Assembly (NCBI GenBank): GCA_013204595.1
Contig: JABMNK010000100.1
Coordinates: forward strand, 8,050-72,049
Source of the DNA: Flammeovirgaceae bacterium
GTDB lineage: Bacteria > Bacteroidota > Bacteroidia > Cytophagales > Cyclobacteriaceae
Length of the DNA stretch: 64,000 bases
Direction of reading: 5' to 3'
The position numbers and the translations under genes are program-made. Below the pieces are notes generated by a model. The model saw nothing but the letters and a program-made list of their open reading frames with translations. It ran no database searches and was not told the origin of the DNA. Position 1 is the stretch's first letter. Each line of letters starts with the position of its first letter. This document shows, piece after piece, positions 1-10,392 of the stretch.

Positions 1-592
1 ATGCCGTTGTCAATACATTGTCCGCTTGTCCAAAAGCCTCTCTTATAGAAAGATTTCCATACATCTCTTTGATTTTGTCATTGAGAATCACCAAGACGGT
101 ATCGCAATGTTCTTTTAATGCTTTAATACCTTCATTGGCCTGTTCGATTTTTTTACGACCCTCAAAACCAAAAGGTGCCGTGACTATACCTACAGTCAAT
201 ATCCCCATTTCTTGCGCAACAGACGCAATGATAGGCGCGGCACCGGTACCGGTACCTCCTCCCATACCTGCCGTAATGAAGACCATTTTGGTGTTGTCAC
301 CCAAAAGTTCCCTGATTTCCTCTTTACTTTCAATGGCCGCATTCTTTCCTTTTTCAGGATTTGCACCAGCACCTAAGCCACTGGTCAGGTTAATACCTAT
401 TTGCAACTTATTTGGCACTGGGCTCATTTCTAAGGCTTGAATATCTGTGTTGCAAACGACAAAATCAACGTCTTTAATACCTTGATTAAACATGTAGTTG
501 ACCGCGTTGCTACCTCCACCACCAACACCAATTACCTTTATAATTGACTTATGCTGAGTGGGTAGTTCAAATGCATATGTATTTTCTATCAT
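1..592 (-). CDS. ftsZ: Cell division GTPase FtsZ, N-terminal part (gene runs off the left edge)
   Basis: Minus-strand translation from the ATG at 592-590 reads MIENTYAFELPTQHKSIIKVIGVGGGGSNAVNYM... It contains the tubulin signature GGGTGTG (rc of ~245-265). It is the last gene of the dcw cluster, after ftsA. The listed + ORF 18..440 is its antisense shadow. Confidence 0.93.
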   Translation of the reverse strand, partial: MIENTYAFELPTQHKSIIKVIGVGGGGSNAVNYMFNQGIKDVDFVVCNTDIQALEMSPVPNKLQIGINLTSGLGAGANPEKGKNAAIESKEEIRELLGDNTKMVFITAGMGGGTGTGAAPIIASVAQEMGILTVGIVTAPFGFEGRKKIEQANEGIKALKEHCDTVLVILNDKIKEMYGNLSIREAFGQADNVLTTA

Positions 593-621
593 GATCTTTC
601 TCTTTAGTAGATTGTCTATTA

Positions 622-1914
622 TTAATATTCTTGTTTGTCTTTAAAATCGTCTATCAGTAATTCTTTGGTTCTTACCAGCATATTGCTGAAAAATTTAGAA
701 CTTTTCTTGTCCTTTACTTTCCGAACGCCGCCCACAGACTCGTGATAATTTTCTTCTCTTATATCTAAGGCTTTGAATCCGGTCAACACTAGTCCAACGG
801 AAGTGGCAAACATGGGGCTTTTGGCATGCTCCACTTTGCTTTTACCTAAATGTTCATTGGGGTAACCTATTCTCGCATCAAGTCCCGTCATATATTCAAA
901 AAGTTGCTTGAGATTATTGAGCTGCGAACCGCCACCCGTAACTACAATACCCGCTGCCAATTTTTTATGAAACCCCGAAGAAATAATTTCGGTGTGAACC
1001 ATCTCTATGATCTCCTCCATCCTGGCCTCAATGATGTTAGCTAGATTTTTTACTGAAATCTCCTTGGCTGGTCTATTTCTAAAGCCAGGAATAGCCACTA
1101 TTTCGTTGGGATTGGCTTCGTCAGCTATCGCCCTTCCAAATTTTGTTTTCAACAATTCCGCCTGATTGTGCATCACCATACAACCCTGCTTAATATCTGC
1201 TGTAACGATATCTCCTCCAAAAGGAATTACCGCTGTATGACGGATGATGTTGTCATAAAATACAGCGATATCAGTAGTACCCCCACCGATATCAACCAGA
1301 CAAACTCCAGCCTCTTTTTCCTCTTCACTGAGAACTGCCAAACTTGACGCCAACGGTTCCAAAATTAAATTTTCAATTTTCAAACCCGCACGCTTAATAC
1401 ATTTGTTGATGTTATTGATGGCGTTGGTCTGAGCCGTAATGATATGAAAATCCGCCTCAAGTTTTACGCCAGACATGCCAACAGGATCTTTAATCCCCGC
1501 CTCATAATCAACGATATAATCCTGGGGCATCACGTGAATGATCTCGCTCCCAGGAGGTATGACAATTCGATGCATGTCGTTGGCCAGTCTGTTGACATCC
1601 TCAATACTGATTTCATCATTGTTGTTTCTTGTAATCGATCCATGATGAATCGAACTCTTTATATGTTGGCCAGCGATACCAACATTCACAACGTTAATTT
1701 CAATTTCAGATTGGGCACTAGCCTCCTCAATAGCCATTTCTATGGCTCGTACGGTTTTATCAATATTGGTAACTATACCGCGAATGACCCCATCAGAGAC
1801 AGCTTTTCCCATGCCAAGTATTTCCAATTTGCCATATTCATTTTTTCTGCCCACTATGGCGCAGATTTTCGTGGTGCCAATATCAAGGCCTACAATTATT
1901 CGGTCATTATCCAT
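622..1914 (-). CDS. ftsA: Cell division protein FtsA (actin-like ATPase)
   Basis: 430-aa ORF with actin/HSP70-fold phosphate motifs (VGLDIGTTKICAIVG, VDIGGGTTDIAV). Sits in the slot between ftsQ and ftsZ. Confidence 0.93.
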   Translation of the reverse strand: MDNDRIIVGLDIGTTKICAIVGRKNEYGKLEILGMGKAVSDGVIRGIVTNIDKTVRAIEMAIEEASAQSEIEINVVNVGIAGQHIKSSIHHGSITRNNNDEISIEDVNRLANDMHRIVIPPGSEIIHVMPQDYIVDYEAGIKDPVGMSGVKLEADFHIITAQTNAINNINKCIKRAGLKIENLILEPLASSLAVLSEEEKEAGVCLVDIGGGTTDIAVFYDNIIRHTAVIPFGGDIVTADIKQGCMVMHNQAELLKTKFGRAIADEANPNEIVAIPGFRNRPAKEISVKNLANIIEARMEEIIEMVHTEIISSGFHKKLAAGIVVTGGGSQLNNLKQLFEYMTGLDARIGYPNEHLGKSKVEHAKSPMFATSVGLVLTGFKALDIREENYHESVGGVRKVKDKKSSKFFSNMLVRTKELLIDDFKDKQEY

Positions 1915-1933
1915 GATTCATTCATTTATTTAT

Positions 1934-2689
1934 TTACTTACAGACAATTTGATTAGTATATTTTAGGTTAACATAGTTGTAGGTATTCCAACCCTTCTTA
2001 GGCGCTACCTCTCGATAAAAAACTTCAAGCTTTTTAAATTTTGATTCAATCTCTGTTGATTGACCAAACAGAATCATCTGTTTGGTCACCTGTGGCATTA
2101 AGGTTAATTCATGACGAGTATCAACCATGACCTGAGCTATTTGAGCCTTCCAAAAATGATTTTTGTCAATGAAAATCAAAAGATCAAGTAACTGACTTCC
2201 AAATTCATCTTCCCAAAGTCCTGACTTCCATGCTGGATATTGATCAAAAGTAACTAGCGCGACTCTAGGAGTATAATGACTATTCAAAGGCAATAAGCGT
2301 CCACTGATATCAATGTAATGGTCTTGGCCATTTGGATTTAAGATACGAGCGATGGGTTTTGCTTGCGAGACATTAGCCACCAGATTTCCAGCCACATCAA
2401 AATAAATGTCAGCGTTACTTACAAAGGCATTGGTTTCTACCCTTTCTTCAAGATCTCTGAAGTTCAGTGAACCAATATTAAGTCCTTGTACCTGACTTGA
2501 TTGGTCTGCTAGCAGCAACGATTTGACTTCATTTTGATCAATTAAATAAATACCGCCGGGATGACTAATGTCAATATTGATTTCAGCAACCTTTTTTTCT
2601 GATAGTTTTTTTGCACGAAATCCTATCACAACGATCAATATTAATCCTCCCAGTGAATACAGTAATATATATTTCAATTTTGCGTTCAT
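1934..2689 (-). CDS. ftsQ: Cell division protein FtsQ-like
   Basis: 251 aa with one N-terminal TM helix (ILLYSLGGLILIVVIGF) followed by a periplasmic region. Sits in the canonical slot between murC and ftsA. The assignment rests mostly on position and topology. Confidence 0.75.
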   Translation of the reverse strand: MNAKLKYILLYSLGGLILIVVIGFRAKKLSEKKVAEINIDISHPGGIYLIDQNEVKSLLLADQSSQVQGLNIGSLNFRDLEERVETNAFVSNADIYFDVAGNLVANVSQAKPIARILNPNGQDHYIDISGRLLPLNSHYTPRVALVTFDQYPAWKSGLWEDEFGSQLLDLLIFIDKNHFWKAQIAQVMVDTRHELTLMPQVTKQMILFGQSTEIESKFKKLEVFYREVAPKKGWNTYNYVNLKYTNQIVCK

Positions 2690-2690
2690 A

Positions 2691-4055
2691 TCAAGTATAA
2701 TGTGATTTAATGATAGGAATCAATGTGTCAATATCTCCCGCGCCAATAGTCAGCAACACCTCAAGGTCATATTGATTTAAAAAAGAAGGAAAATCACCCA
2801 AATGAGCAATGCACTTGCTTTCATGTGAGATGTCATCAAGTATCACTTCAGAAGTAATGCCTATGATCGGTAGTTCCCGCGCTGGATATATGTCCAATAA
2901 AATGACCTCATCAGCTTGAGAAAGACTTTCTGAAAATCCTTTCTGGAAATCCCTCGTTCTTGTGAACAAATGAGGTTGGAAAATTGCGGTTATCTTCTTT
3001 TCCGGATATAACTTTTTAACCGATCTGATCAATGCTTCTATTTCGCTTGGATGATGGGCATAGTCATCGATATATACCAGATCTTCACTATTAACAATAT
3101 ATTCAAATCTTCGTTTTACGCCTGAGTAGCTCTCGATTGCTGTCTGAATAAGTTGGGGTGATAGCCCTTGATCCAACCCTGCCGTAATGGCGGCAGTTGC
3201 ATTCAAAACGTTGTGAAACCCTGGTAAAGCCAAGGCAATATTTTTGATCTCTAAGTCACCCACATAATCAAAAATGAATTTGGTACCGTCTACCCTGATG
3301 TTTTTGGCCATGATCTGAGCATCAACCAGACCATAGGTTTTATACTTACGATCTAGCACACCACGCAGCTGCGTGGCGACCGCTTCATGCAAAAGAATGG
3401 TACCCTCTTTATCCGTTAATTGAATGAAATCTAGGTAACTTCTGCGCATCTCTTCTGGATCACCGTAAATATCAAGGTGATCTGGATCCAGCGAGGTAAC
3501 AATAGAAAAATCCGGACTCAATCTCAAAAATGAACGATCAAACTCATCGGCCTCAACGACCACCGGCGCCTGATCCCCTCCTATGATTAAATTTGAATTA
3601 TAATTGGTCATAATGCCTCCGACAAAAGCAGAACATCCCAACGGTCCTTGATTCAAGATATGCGCAATCATCGAAGAAGTAGTTGTCTTTCCGTGAGTGC
3701 CCGCAACTGCTATAGAAAAATGATCCCTTGTGATAAGACCTAAAACTTCTGACCTCTTTTTTATTTGGAAGCCTCCCTGCTGAAAATATAGAAGCTCTTG
3801 ATGCGTTTTGGGGATGGCGGGGGTATAAATCAGTAATGTGCCCAAGGGGTCCTTAAAGACATCTGAGATTTGATCAACCGAATCTGTATAATGAATAGAG
3901 ATGCCACTTTGCTCTAAGGAAAGGGTTAGGGGCGTTTGCACCTTGTCGTAACCTGCAACGGGAAGATTTCGCTGCTGGAACCATTTAGCCAACGCGGACA
4001 TACCAATGCCTCCGATGCCAATAAAATATACGCTATTTATTTGATTCAAATTCAC
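2691..4055 (-). CDS. murC: UDP-N-acetylmuramate--L-alanine ligase
   Basis: 454 aa with N-terminal GIGGIGMSALA and the Mur-ligase P-loop AGTHGKTTTS. The position in the dcw cluster fits. Confidence 0.93.
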   Translation of the reverse strand: MNLNQINSVYFIGIGGIGMSALAKWFQQRNLPVAGYDKVQTPLTLSLEQSGISIHYTDSVDQISDVFKDPLGTLLIYTPAIPKTHQELLYFQQGGFQIKKRSEVLGLITRDHFSIAVAGTHGKTTTSSMIAHILNQGPLGCSAFVGGIMTNYNSNLIIGGDQAPVVVEADEFDRSFLRLSPDFSIVTSLDPDHLDIYGDPEEMRRSYLDFIQLTDKEGTILLHEAVATQLRGVLDRKYKTYGLVDAQIMAKNIRVDGTKFIFDYVGDLEIKNIALALPGFHNVLNATAAITAGLDQGLSPQLIQTAIESYSGVKRRFEYIVNSEDLVYIDDYAHHPSEIEALIRSVKKLYPEKKITAIFQPHLFTRTRDFQKGFSESLSQADEVILLDIYPARELPIIGITSEVILDDISHESKCIAHLGDFPSFLNQYDLEVLLTIGAGDIDTLIPIIKSHYT

Positions 4056-5164
4056 GCTACTAGTGCTCTTATTTCTTTAGCTATGTCCCTTGCTGCCTCA
4101 GGATGTCCCATAGACAATATATTTTTACTTAGTGCCTCTTGTTTCACTTTATCTGAAACCAAGGACAATGCTGTTTTTACTAAATCTTCATGGGCAGCAA
4201 GATCTGCAACCAATATGGCGGCTCCCTTATTGACCAAAGTTTTGGCATTGAGTGTCTGATGATCCTCTGCGACATTGGGTGAAGGAACCAAAATTGATGG
4301 CTTACCTGTGAGCATCAATTCAGCAATGGATAACGCACCAGCCCTACTGATAACGATATCTGAAACTAGATAGGCCTCTTGCATTTCACTAATGAAATTG
4401 AAAATCTTGAGTCGGTGATCAAGCTGCTCTTTCACCCTAGCTAATACCTCTTGATGATAATAGGCACCCGTTTGCCAAATTACTTGAACATCTGCTTCCA
4501 TTAATTGATTAATCCCTGACAAAATGCTTTCATTAATCGTTCTTGCTCCTAAGCTACCTCCGATAATCAAAATGGTTTTTTTTGTCGGGTCTAATTCAAA
4601 AAAACGATAGGCACTTTCCTTTTTTCCGAGTTCCATTTGGATGTTCTTACGAACTGGGTTGCCCGTAATGACTATCTTTTCAATAGGAAAAAACTTTTCC
4701 ATTCCTTCATAAGCGACACAAATAGTATTTACTGATCTAGCCAACCATTTATTGGTCAACCCAGCATAGGCATTTTGCTCTTGAATAAGCGTAGGGATTT
4801 TCTTGATAATTGCTGCAAGAAGCAAAGGTCCACTGGCATAGCCCCCTACGCCTATCACCACGTCTGGCTTGAATGTCCTAAGTAATTGAAACGATCTCAA
4901 TAAGCTCACCACCAGCTTTAAGGGAAATAAAAGATTTTGAAGAGTCAGTCTTCGCTGAATACCGCTTATCCATAATCCCACTATTTCAAAACCCGCCTCT
5001 GGTACTTTCTGCATTTCCATCTTCCCTTTTGCACCCACAAAAAGAATATCTACTTCAGCCGTGGAGTCCTTGAGCGCTTGGGCAATAGAAATCGCCGGAT
5101 AGATATGGCCGCCGGTCCCCCCTCCGCTGATCATGATGCGATATGTCTTATTAGCACCAATCAT
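4052..5164 (-). CDS. murG: Lipid II-forming UDP-GlcNAc transferase MurG
   Basis: 370 aa with the GT28 G-loop ISGGGTGGHIYPAISIA. Has 4-nt overlaps with both ftsW and murC. Confidence 0.93.
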   Translation of the reverse strand: MIGANKTYRIMISGGGTGGHIYPAISIAQALKDSTAEVDILFVGAKGKMEMQKVPEAGFEIVGLWISGIQRRLTLQNLLFPLKLVVSLLRSFQLLRTFKPDVVIGVGGYASGPLLLAAIIKKIPTLIQEQNAYAGLTNKWLARSVNTICVAYEGMEKFFPIEKIVITGNPVRKNIQMELGKKESAYRFFELDPTKKTILIIGGSLGARTINESILSGINQLMEADVQVIWQTGAYYHQEVLARVKEQLDHRLKIFNFISEMQEAYLVSDIVISRAGALSIAELMLTGKPSILVPSPNVAEDHQTLNAKTLVNKGAAILVADLAAHEDLVKTALSLVSDKVKQEALSKNILSMGHPEAARDIAKEIRALVA

Positions 5165-6324
5165 AAGGCATTAAATTGAGGTTTCTTTGTTTGATTTCTA
5201 TTACCTAAAGTATCGCCTTCCAATTGCCCTTGCGTCACGCTTAAGATCATCCCAAGTGCTATTCCAAAAAACAACTGAGAGGTGCCCCCCATACTCAAGA
5301 GCGGCAAGGTTACTCCTGTAATGGGTCCCACCCCTAACGTCACCCCAATATTGATCATGGCTTGAAAAATGATTGAAAAAACCAATCCAGACGCAAGCAA
5401 ACCACCATAGGCAGTATCTGAATTGGTGGTCGCCTTCATTCCTCGGTAAAGCAATCCTAAATAAAGCATCAACACACTCAATCCACCAATAAGACCATAT
5501 TCTTCAATAATAATAGCATAAATGAAATCTGAATAGGCCGATGGTAAAAAATTCCTTTGATCACTTTGACCTGGACCTTTCCCAAACAAACCACCAGTGG
5601 CAATGGCGGCATAGGCCTGTTGGGCTTGGTAAGGGATCTCATCTCCAAAATAAGACTCAATTCTACTCTTGGCAGTACCCCCTCTTTGTCCAAACGAAAT
5701 GGCCAAAATGCCCGAAATTCCGCCAATAAAAATAAGCATGGCGATAAATTTGACAGGTACTCTACCAATAAACAAAACCACCATGCAGGTTCCGAAAAGC
5801 ATTAGCGCGCTCGAAATATTGGTCATTGCAATTAATCCGCAGATAACACCAATCCATATGAGCATCGGTACAATGGCTTTTTGAAAATCAGCAATGTTAT
5901 GTTGCCGCTTGGCTAGCATATTGGCCAGTGTAACAATCAGCGCCAATTTAGCCAAATCCGAAGGCTGAAAGGCCTGATTAATGATGGGTATACTCAGCCA
6001 CCTGGAAGCTTCATTAATATTAGATCCAAATTGCCAAGTGACTACCAGTAGCACTGCAGATACATATAGTAATAATTTGGATACTTTAGAATAATATCGA
6101 TAATCAATTCTATGGACAAGCCACATCGCAAACAAACTCAACAACACCAACGCGCCGTGCTTCATAAGGTAGTACTCTGTATTACCCCCCACATATTTAT
6201 AGGCCAAACTACCGGTCGCACTATAAACTACTAGAATACTGAATATAGAAAGCAGCAATACAATCGACCATATTAATGAATCACCTTTCAGATTTCTATA
6301 TGCCCACTCTTTGATCGCCGTCAT
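5161..6324 (-). CDS. ftsW: SEDS-family peptidoglycan glycosyltransferase FtsW
   Basis: 387-aa polytopic membrane protein in the murD-murG slot of the dcw cluster. Confidence 0.9.
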   Translation of the reverse strand: MTAIKEWAYRNLKGDSLIWSIVLLLSIFSILVVYSATGSLAYKYVGGNTEYYLMKHGALVLLSLFAMWLVHRIDYRYYSKVSKLLLYVSAVLLVVTWQFGSNINEASRWLSIPIINQAFQPSDLAKLALIVTLANMLAKRQHNIADFQKAIVPMLIWIGVICGLIAMTNISSALMLFGTCMVVLFIGRVPVKFIAMLIFIGGISGILAISFGQRGGTAKSRIESYFGDEIPYQAQQAYAAIATGGLFGKGPGQSDQRNFLPSAYSDFIYAIIIEEYGLIGGLSVLMLYLGLLYRGMKATTNSDTAYGGLLASGLVFSIIFQAMINIGVTLGVGPITGVTLPLLSMGGTSQLFFGIALGMILSVTQGQLEGDTLGNRNQTKKPQFNAL

Positions 6325-7685
6325 GCCTCCGCCTTTTTTAAGCCCAAGACCTTTTTTTTAAATTGATCCCCTCTGTCCTCATAGTTTTTAAACAAATCAA
6401 AACTAGCACAGGCCGGAGACAGTAGTACAACGTCTCCAGGCACCGCCCATTCCATAGCCTTAATGACCACCTCATTTAATGCCGTTGTTTCAAAAATGGC
6501 TTTGGCCTTATCTTTAAAATGCGCCGCAATTTTGGTGCTATTGATCCCTAAGCAGATAATTCCTTTCACTTTTTGGTCGACTAATTCATCCAATGATGTA
6601 TAATCGTTTCCTTTATCAACCCCGCCTGCGATCCAAATAATCGGCTCACTAATCCCTTCTAATGCATAAAAAACAGCGTCCACATTGGTCGCTTTCGAGT
6701 CATTAATAAACTTAACACCCTCTATTTCAACTACTAGTTCTAATCGATGGGGCGCATTCTTAAATGATTTTAGTCCTTCGATGACTTTTTGAATGGATAC
6801 CTCTAAGATTAATGCTGTCAGAACAGCAGACATGGTATTAATCATATTATGTTTACCAATCAACTGAATATCAGCCAAAGGAATGCGCTCCTTTTTCTCA
6901 GAATAATCCAAATTGAAAATAAGATGTTTATCATCAATAAAAGCCCCCTTTTTGAAATGAGGATATGTCGAAATCGCAAATAAACTTGCTTCAACATTTC
7001 GTCTACTTAATTCTTCATTTACAGAAACACTATCTGCGTTATATATGAATGAACAATGCTCACTGACATTTTCAACAATCCTAAATTTAGAGGAAACATA
7101 TTTTTTCAAATCATGATCATAGCGATCTAAATGATCAGGGGTGATATTGAGCAGGACAGAAATATCTGGTTTGAAACTAATAATGCCATCCAATTGAAAG
7201 GAGCTGATCTCGACTACATAGTAATCGTAGTTACCCTCGGCTACCCGTTTTGCCAAACTATATCCTACATTACCAGCCAAACCTACCCTGAACCCTGCGG
7301 TCTTAAGTAAGTGATAGATTAGTAGCGTCGTTGTCGTCTTGCCATTTGTACCCGTTACGGCGATGATTTTAGCTTGGGATCCAATGTGTCTAAAAGCAAA
7401 CTCAATTTCTGAAATGACCGCAATATTAAGGGTCAACAATTCTAGAATTAAAGGATTCGAATCAGAAATTCCCGGACTTTTCACCACCGTGTTGGCAGCG
7501 AGAATCAATGATTTGCTATGTCCCCCCTCTTCAAACTCAACACCAATTTCTTGTAACTTTAATTTTGTCGGTGCCGCAATAATGCCAATATCTGAAATAA
7601 AAACGTCATAGTTGTATTTAGCTGCCAAAATCGCAGCCCCTAACCCACTTTCTCCACTTCCTAATATGACGACTTTTTCTATCAT
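6321..7685 (-). CDS. murD: UDP-N-acetylmuramoylalanine--D-glutamate ligase
   Basis: Mur-ligase P-loop [10 protein letters not shown] and N-terminal VILGSGESG. Start placed at ATG 7685 (MIEKVVILGSG...). The ORF-track start at 7700 is a TTG extension. Confidence 0.92.
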   Translation of the reverse strand: MIEKVVILGSGESGLGAAILAAKYNYDVFISDIGIIAAPTKLKLQEIGVEFEEGGHSKSLILAANTVVKSPGISDSNPLILELLTLNIAVISEIEFAFRHIGSQAKIIAVTGTNGKTTTTLLIYHLLKTAGFRVGLAGNVGYSLAKRVAEGNYDYYVVEISSFQLDGIISFKPDISVLLNITPDHLDRYDHDLKKYVSSKFRIVENVSEHCSFIYNADSVSVNEELSRRNVEASLFAISTYPHFKKGAFIDDKHLIFNLDYSEKKERIPLADIQLIGKHNMINTMSAVLTALILEVSIQKVIEGLKSFKNAPHRLELVVEIEGVKFINDSKATNVDAVFYALEGISEPIIWIAGGVDKGNDYTSLDELVDQKVKGIICLGINSTKIAAHFKDKAKAIFETTALNEVVIKAMEWAVPGDVVLLSPACASFDLFKNYEDRGDQFKKKVLGLKKAEA

Positions 7686-7747
7686 AGCAATGAAGGGCAA
7701 ATAAGGATGACAAAATATCGTTTCTTAATCATGATCATCATTGATAC

Positions 7748-8935
7748 CTATCTGAGTTTAAGTGTAGCTAATGTGAAAACTGCCAAAAGAATACCCAAGG
7801 TCCAAAATCGTGTAACAATTTTGGACTCGTGCAATCCTTTTTTTTGATAATGATGATGAATTGGGGACATCAAAAAGACCCTTCTACCCGCTCCATATTT
7901 TCGCTTGGTATACTTAAAATAACTTACCTGAATAATGACGGATAATAGCTCAATAAAAAAGATCCCACATAAGAGTGGAATCATAAGTTCCTTTCTAATA
8001 GCCAAGGCAAGGACCGCAATGACTCCCCCTAAAGCAAGACTACCCGTATCTCCCATAAACACTTGAGCCGGGAAAGCATTGTACCACAAAAAACCGATAC
8101 ATGCTCCAACCAATGCAGCACAAAAAATTACTAATTCTCCTGAATTAGGTATGTACATAATGTTCAGATAATCAGAAAAAATCACGTTACCAGAAAGATA
8201 TGCCAGGATGGCTAGGGTCAGACCTATAATTGCAGTAGTTCCTGCCGCCAAGCCATCAATACCATCAGTGATATTGGCACCATTTGATACTGCTGTGACA
8301 ATGAAGGAAATGATTCCGACATACAGTATCCAGGTATACTCCACGTAACCATCAGGCATAAACCAAGAGTATTGAAACTGATTGTCTTTGAAAAACGGAA
8401 TGGTTGTCGCCGCAGATTTTAGGTCATTAAATGTGCTAAAATTCGTTCCGCTAAATTCACGAATCAAAATATCAGGATGAAAAACCATCGTACAACCGAC
8501 AATCAAACCAAGGCCAATTTGACCAACAATTTTAAATTTGCCACCAAGGCCCTCTTTGTTCTTCTTCTTGATCTTTAGATAGTCGTCTATAAATCCGATA
8601 GTTCCCATCCACAATACCGAAATAAGTAATAAAATAATATAAACATTGGTTAAATCGGCAAATAATAGTGTTGGCAACACGATTCCCATGATGATGATAA
8701 TTCCTCCCATTGTAGGTGTTCCAGACTTCTGCATTTGCCCTGGTAACCCCAACTCTCTGATAGATTCGTCCACCTGAAAATGTTTGAGTCGCGCGATTAA
8801 TGTTTTACCCAAAGTAATGGTGATCAATAACGAAATAACGGTCGCCATACCCGCTCTGAATGAAATATATTTGAATACCCCTGCACCAAAGAAGTTATAA
8901 TGATTTTCGAGATAGTCAAAAAAATGGTATAACAT
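7748..8935 (-). CDS. mraY: Phospho-N-acetylmuramoyl-pentapeptide transferase
   Basis: 395-aa polytopic protein with MraY motifs [22 protein letters not shown] and [12 protein letters not shown]. Confidence 0.94.
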   Translation of the reverse strand: MLYHFFDYLENHYNFFGAGVFKYISFRAGMATVISLLITITLGKTLIARLKHFQVDESIRELGLPGQMQKSGTPTMGGIIIIMGIVLPTLLFADLTNVYIILLLISVLWMGTIGFIDDYLKIKKKNKEGLGGKFKIVGQIGLGLIVGCTMVFHPDILIREFSGTNFSTFNDLKSAATTIPFFKDNQFQYSWFMPDGYVEYTWILYVGIISFIVTAVSNGANITDGIDGLAAGTTAIIGLTLAILAYLSGNVIFSDYLNIMYIPNSGELVIFCAALVGACIGFLWYNAFPAQVFMGDTGSLALGGVIAVLALAIRKELMIPLLCGIFFIELLSVIIQVSYFKYTKRKYGAGRRVFLMSPIHHHYQKKGLHESKIVTRFWTLGILLAVFTLATLKLR

Positions 8936-10392
8936 CAGCGTCCGTTTAGCATTTCAGTTAATACTTCTTTATCATCAAAATGGGTTCTTGAGCCCTCGAT
9001 TTCTTGATAATCCTCATGCCCTTTACCTGCCACCAAAATAACATCTGCAGATTTCGCCAAGTTACAGGCGACCCTTATGGCCTCCTTTCGATCAGTAATG
9101 CGCATTACCTTTTTTTTGACCGATGCCGAAATACCTAACATCATATCGTCCAAAATAGCTTCAGGACTTTCGAATCGTGGATTATCACTTGTCAATATCA
9201 CCTTATCACTGTAGCGCGCCGCTATGGAGGCCATTTTAGGCCTTTTCTCCTTATCCCGATTTCCGCCACATCCGATAACAGTGATGAGTTGTTCGTTTCT
9301 AGTTCTCAATCCATCAATAGTAGACAAGACATTGTCCAACGCATCAGGGGTATGTGCATAATCAACGATGGCCATGACCTTTGAATCATTGAGAATGTAC
9401 TCAAATCTGCCTCTTGCACCTGTCAATTGAGATAGCTGGATCAGTACTTCGTGTTCATCCTCACCCAATATGTTGGCTATTGAAAAGGCCGTTAATAGAT
9501 TATAGGCATTAAAAGCACCTATGAGCTTAAACCAAACATGATGACCATTAATTTCAAGCTCAAGTCCCTGAAAGGTATTGTTAAGAATCTTGGCTTTAAA
9601 TTCGCTTATACCCTTTAAAGAATATCTATATTTAGACGCCTTGGTGTTTTGCAACATTATGGCCCCTCTTTTATCATCTGCGTTAACCAAGGCAAAGGCC
9701 TCCTTACCTAAAAGATCAAATAATATTTTCTTGGCTTTGATATATTCATCAAAAGATAAATGATAATCGAGGTGATCGTGCGAAATGTTTGTGAAAACGC
9801 CCCCCGAAAAGGTTAGTCCATTTACCCGCTCTTGGACCAACGCATGAGAACTCACTTCCATAAAGGCGTACTGACAGCCTTCTGAAATCATCTCTGCCAA
9901 TAGCTGATTAATCGCCACAACATCTGGTGTTGTATACTTGGTAGCTACTATCTTTTGCCCAATCCTATTTTCGACCGTAGAAAGCATCCCCACCTGATAA
10001 CCTAATTGGGTGAATAAAGCATGCAATAAGGTAACAGTGGTTGTCTTTCCATTGGTCCCTGTTATCCCAATCAGTTTCAATTTTCTCGATGGGTGATTGT
10101 AAAAATTACCAGCAATGATACCCAAAGACTTGGCGCAGTCATCAGTTTGAATAATGGCCACGTGCTGAGGCGGGTTAAGAGGAACCTGCTCTACCAACAA
10201 GGCAACAGCGCCTAAAGAAACTGCCTGATCGAGGTGCGCGTGACCATCTGTGGTCAGCCCTTTGATCGCAACGAAAAGATCACCGGGTTTTACCTTTCTC
10301 GAATCAAAGGCAATCCCCGTAATTTCCAACTCTCTACTGCCGGAAATAGCAATGAGTTTAATCTCGTATAATATGTTCTTGAGCTTAGCCAA
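8935..10392 (-). CDS. murE: UDP-MurNAc-L-Ala-D-Glu--2,6-diaminopimelate ligase
   Basis: 485 aa with P-loop [10 protein letters not shown]. The DNPR motif (LTSDNPRFE) is typical of meso-DAP-adding MurE. Its stop overlaps the mraY start by 1 nt (TGATG). Confidence 0.93.
   Translation of the reverse strand: MAKLKNILYEIKLIAISGSRELEITGIAFDSRKVKPGDLFVAIKGLTTDGHAHLDQAVSLGAVALLVEQVPLNPPQHVAIIQTDDCAKSLGIIAGNFYNHPSRKLKLIGITGTNGKTTTVTLLHALFTQLGYQVGMLSTVENRIGQKIVATKYTTPDVVAINQLLAEMISEGCQYAFMEVSSHALVQERVNGLTFSGGVFTNISHDHLDYHLSFDEYIKAKKILFDLLGKEAFALVNADDKRGAIMLQNTKASKYRYSLKGISEFKAKILNNTFQGLELEINGHHVWFKLIGAFNAYNLLTAFSIANILGEDEHEVLIQLSQLTGARGRFEYILNDSKVMAIVDYAHTPDALDNVLSTIDGLRTRNEQLITVIGCGGNRDKEKRPKMASIAARYSDKVILTSDNPRFESPEAILDDMMLGISASVKKKVMRITDRKEAIRVACNLAKSADVILVAGKGHEDYQEIEGSRTHFDDKEVLTEMLNGR

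Noticed and set aside
18-440. Long ORFs antisense to or out of frame with clear genes. Examples: 18..440 (+) opposite ftsZ, 1444..1956 (+) opposite ftsA, 5478..5768 (-) inside ftsW, 29679..29867 (-) inside nqrB, 31752..32126 (+) opposite nqrA, 37243..37707 (+) opposite the T9SS gene, 60151..60513 and 60834..61184 (+) opposite the symporter.
   Set aside because: Each lies wholly inside a gene whose product has strong family motifs. Their translations are low-complexity or Ser/Leu/Ile-rich shadows with no recognisable motifs. They are typical of antisense frames in AT-rich DNA.
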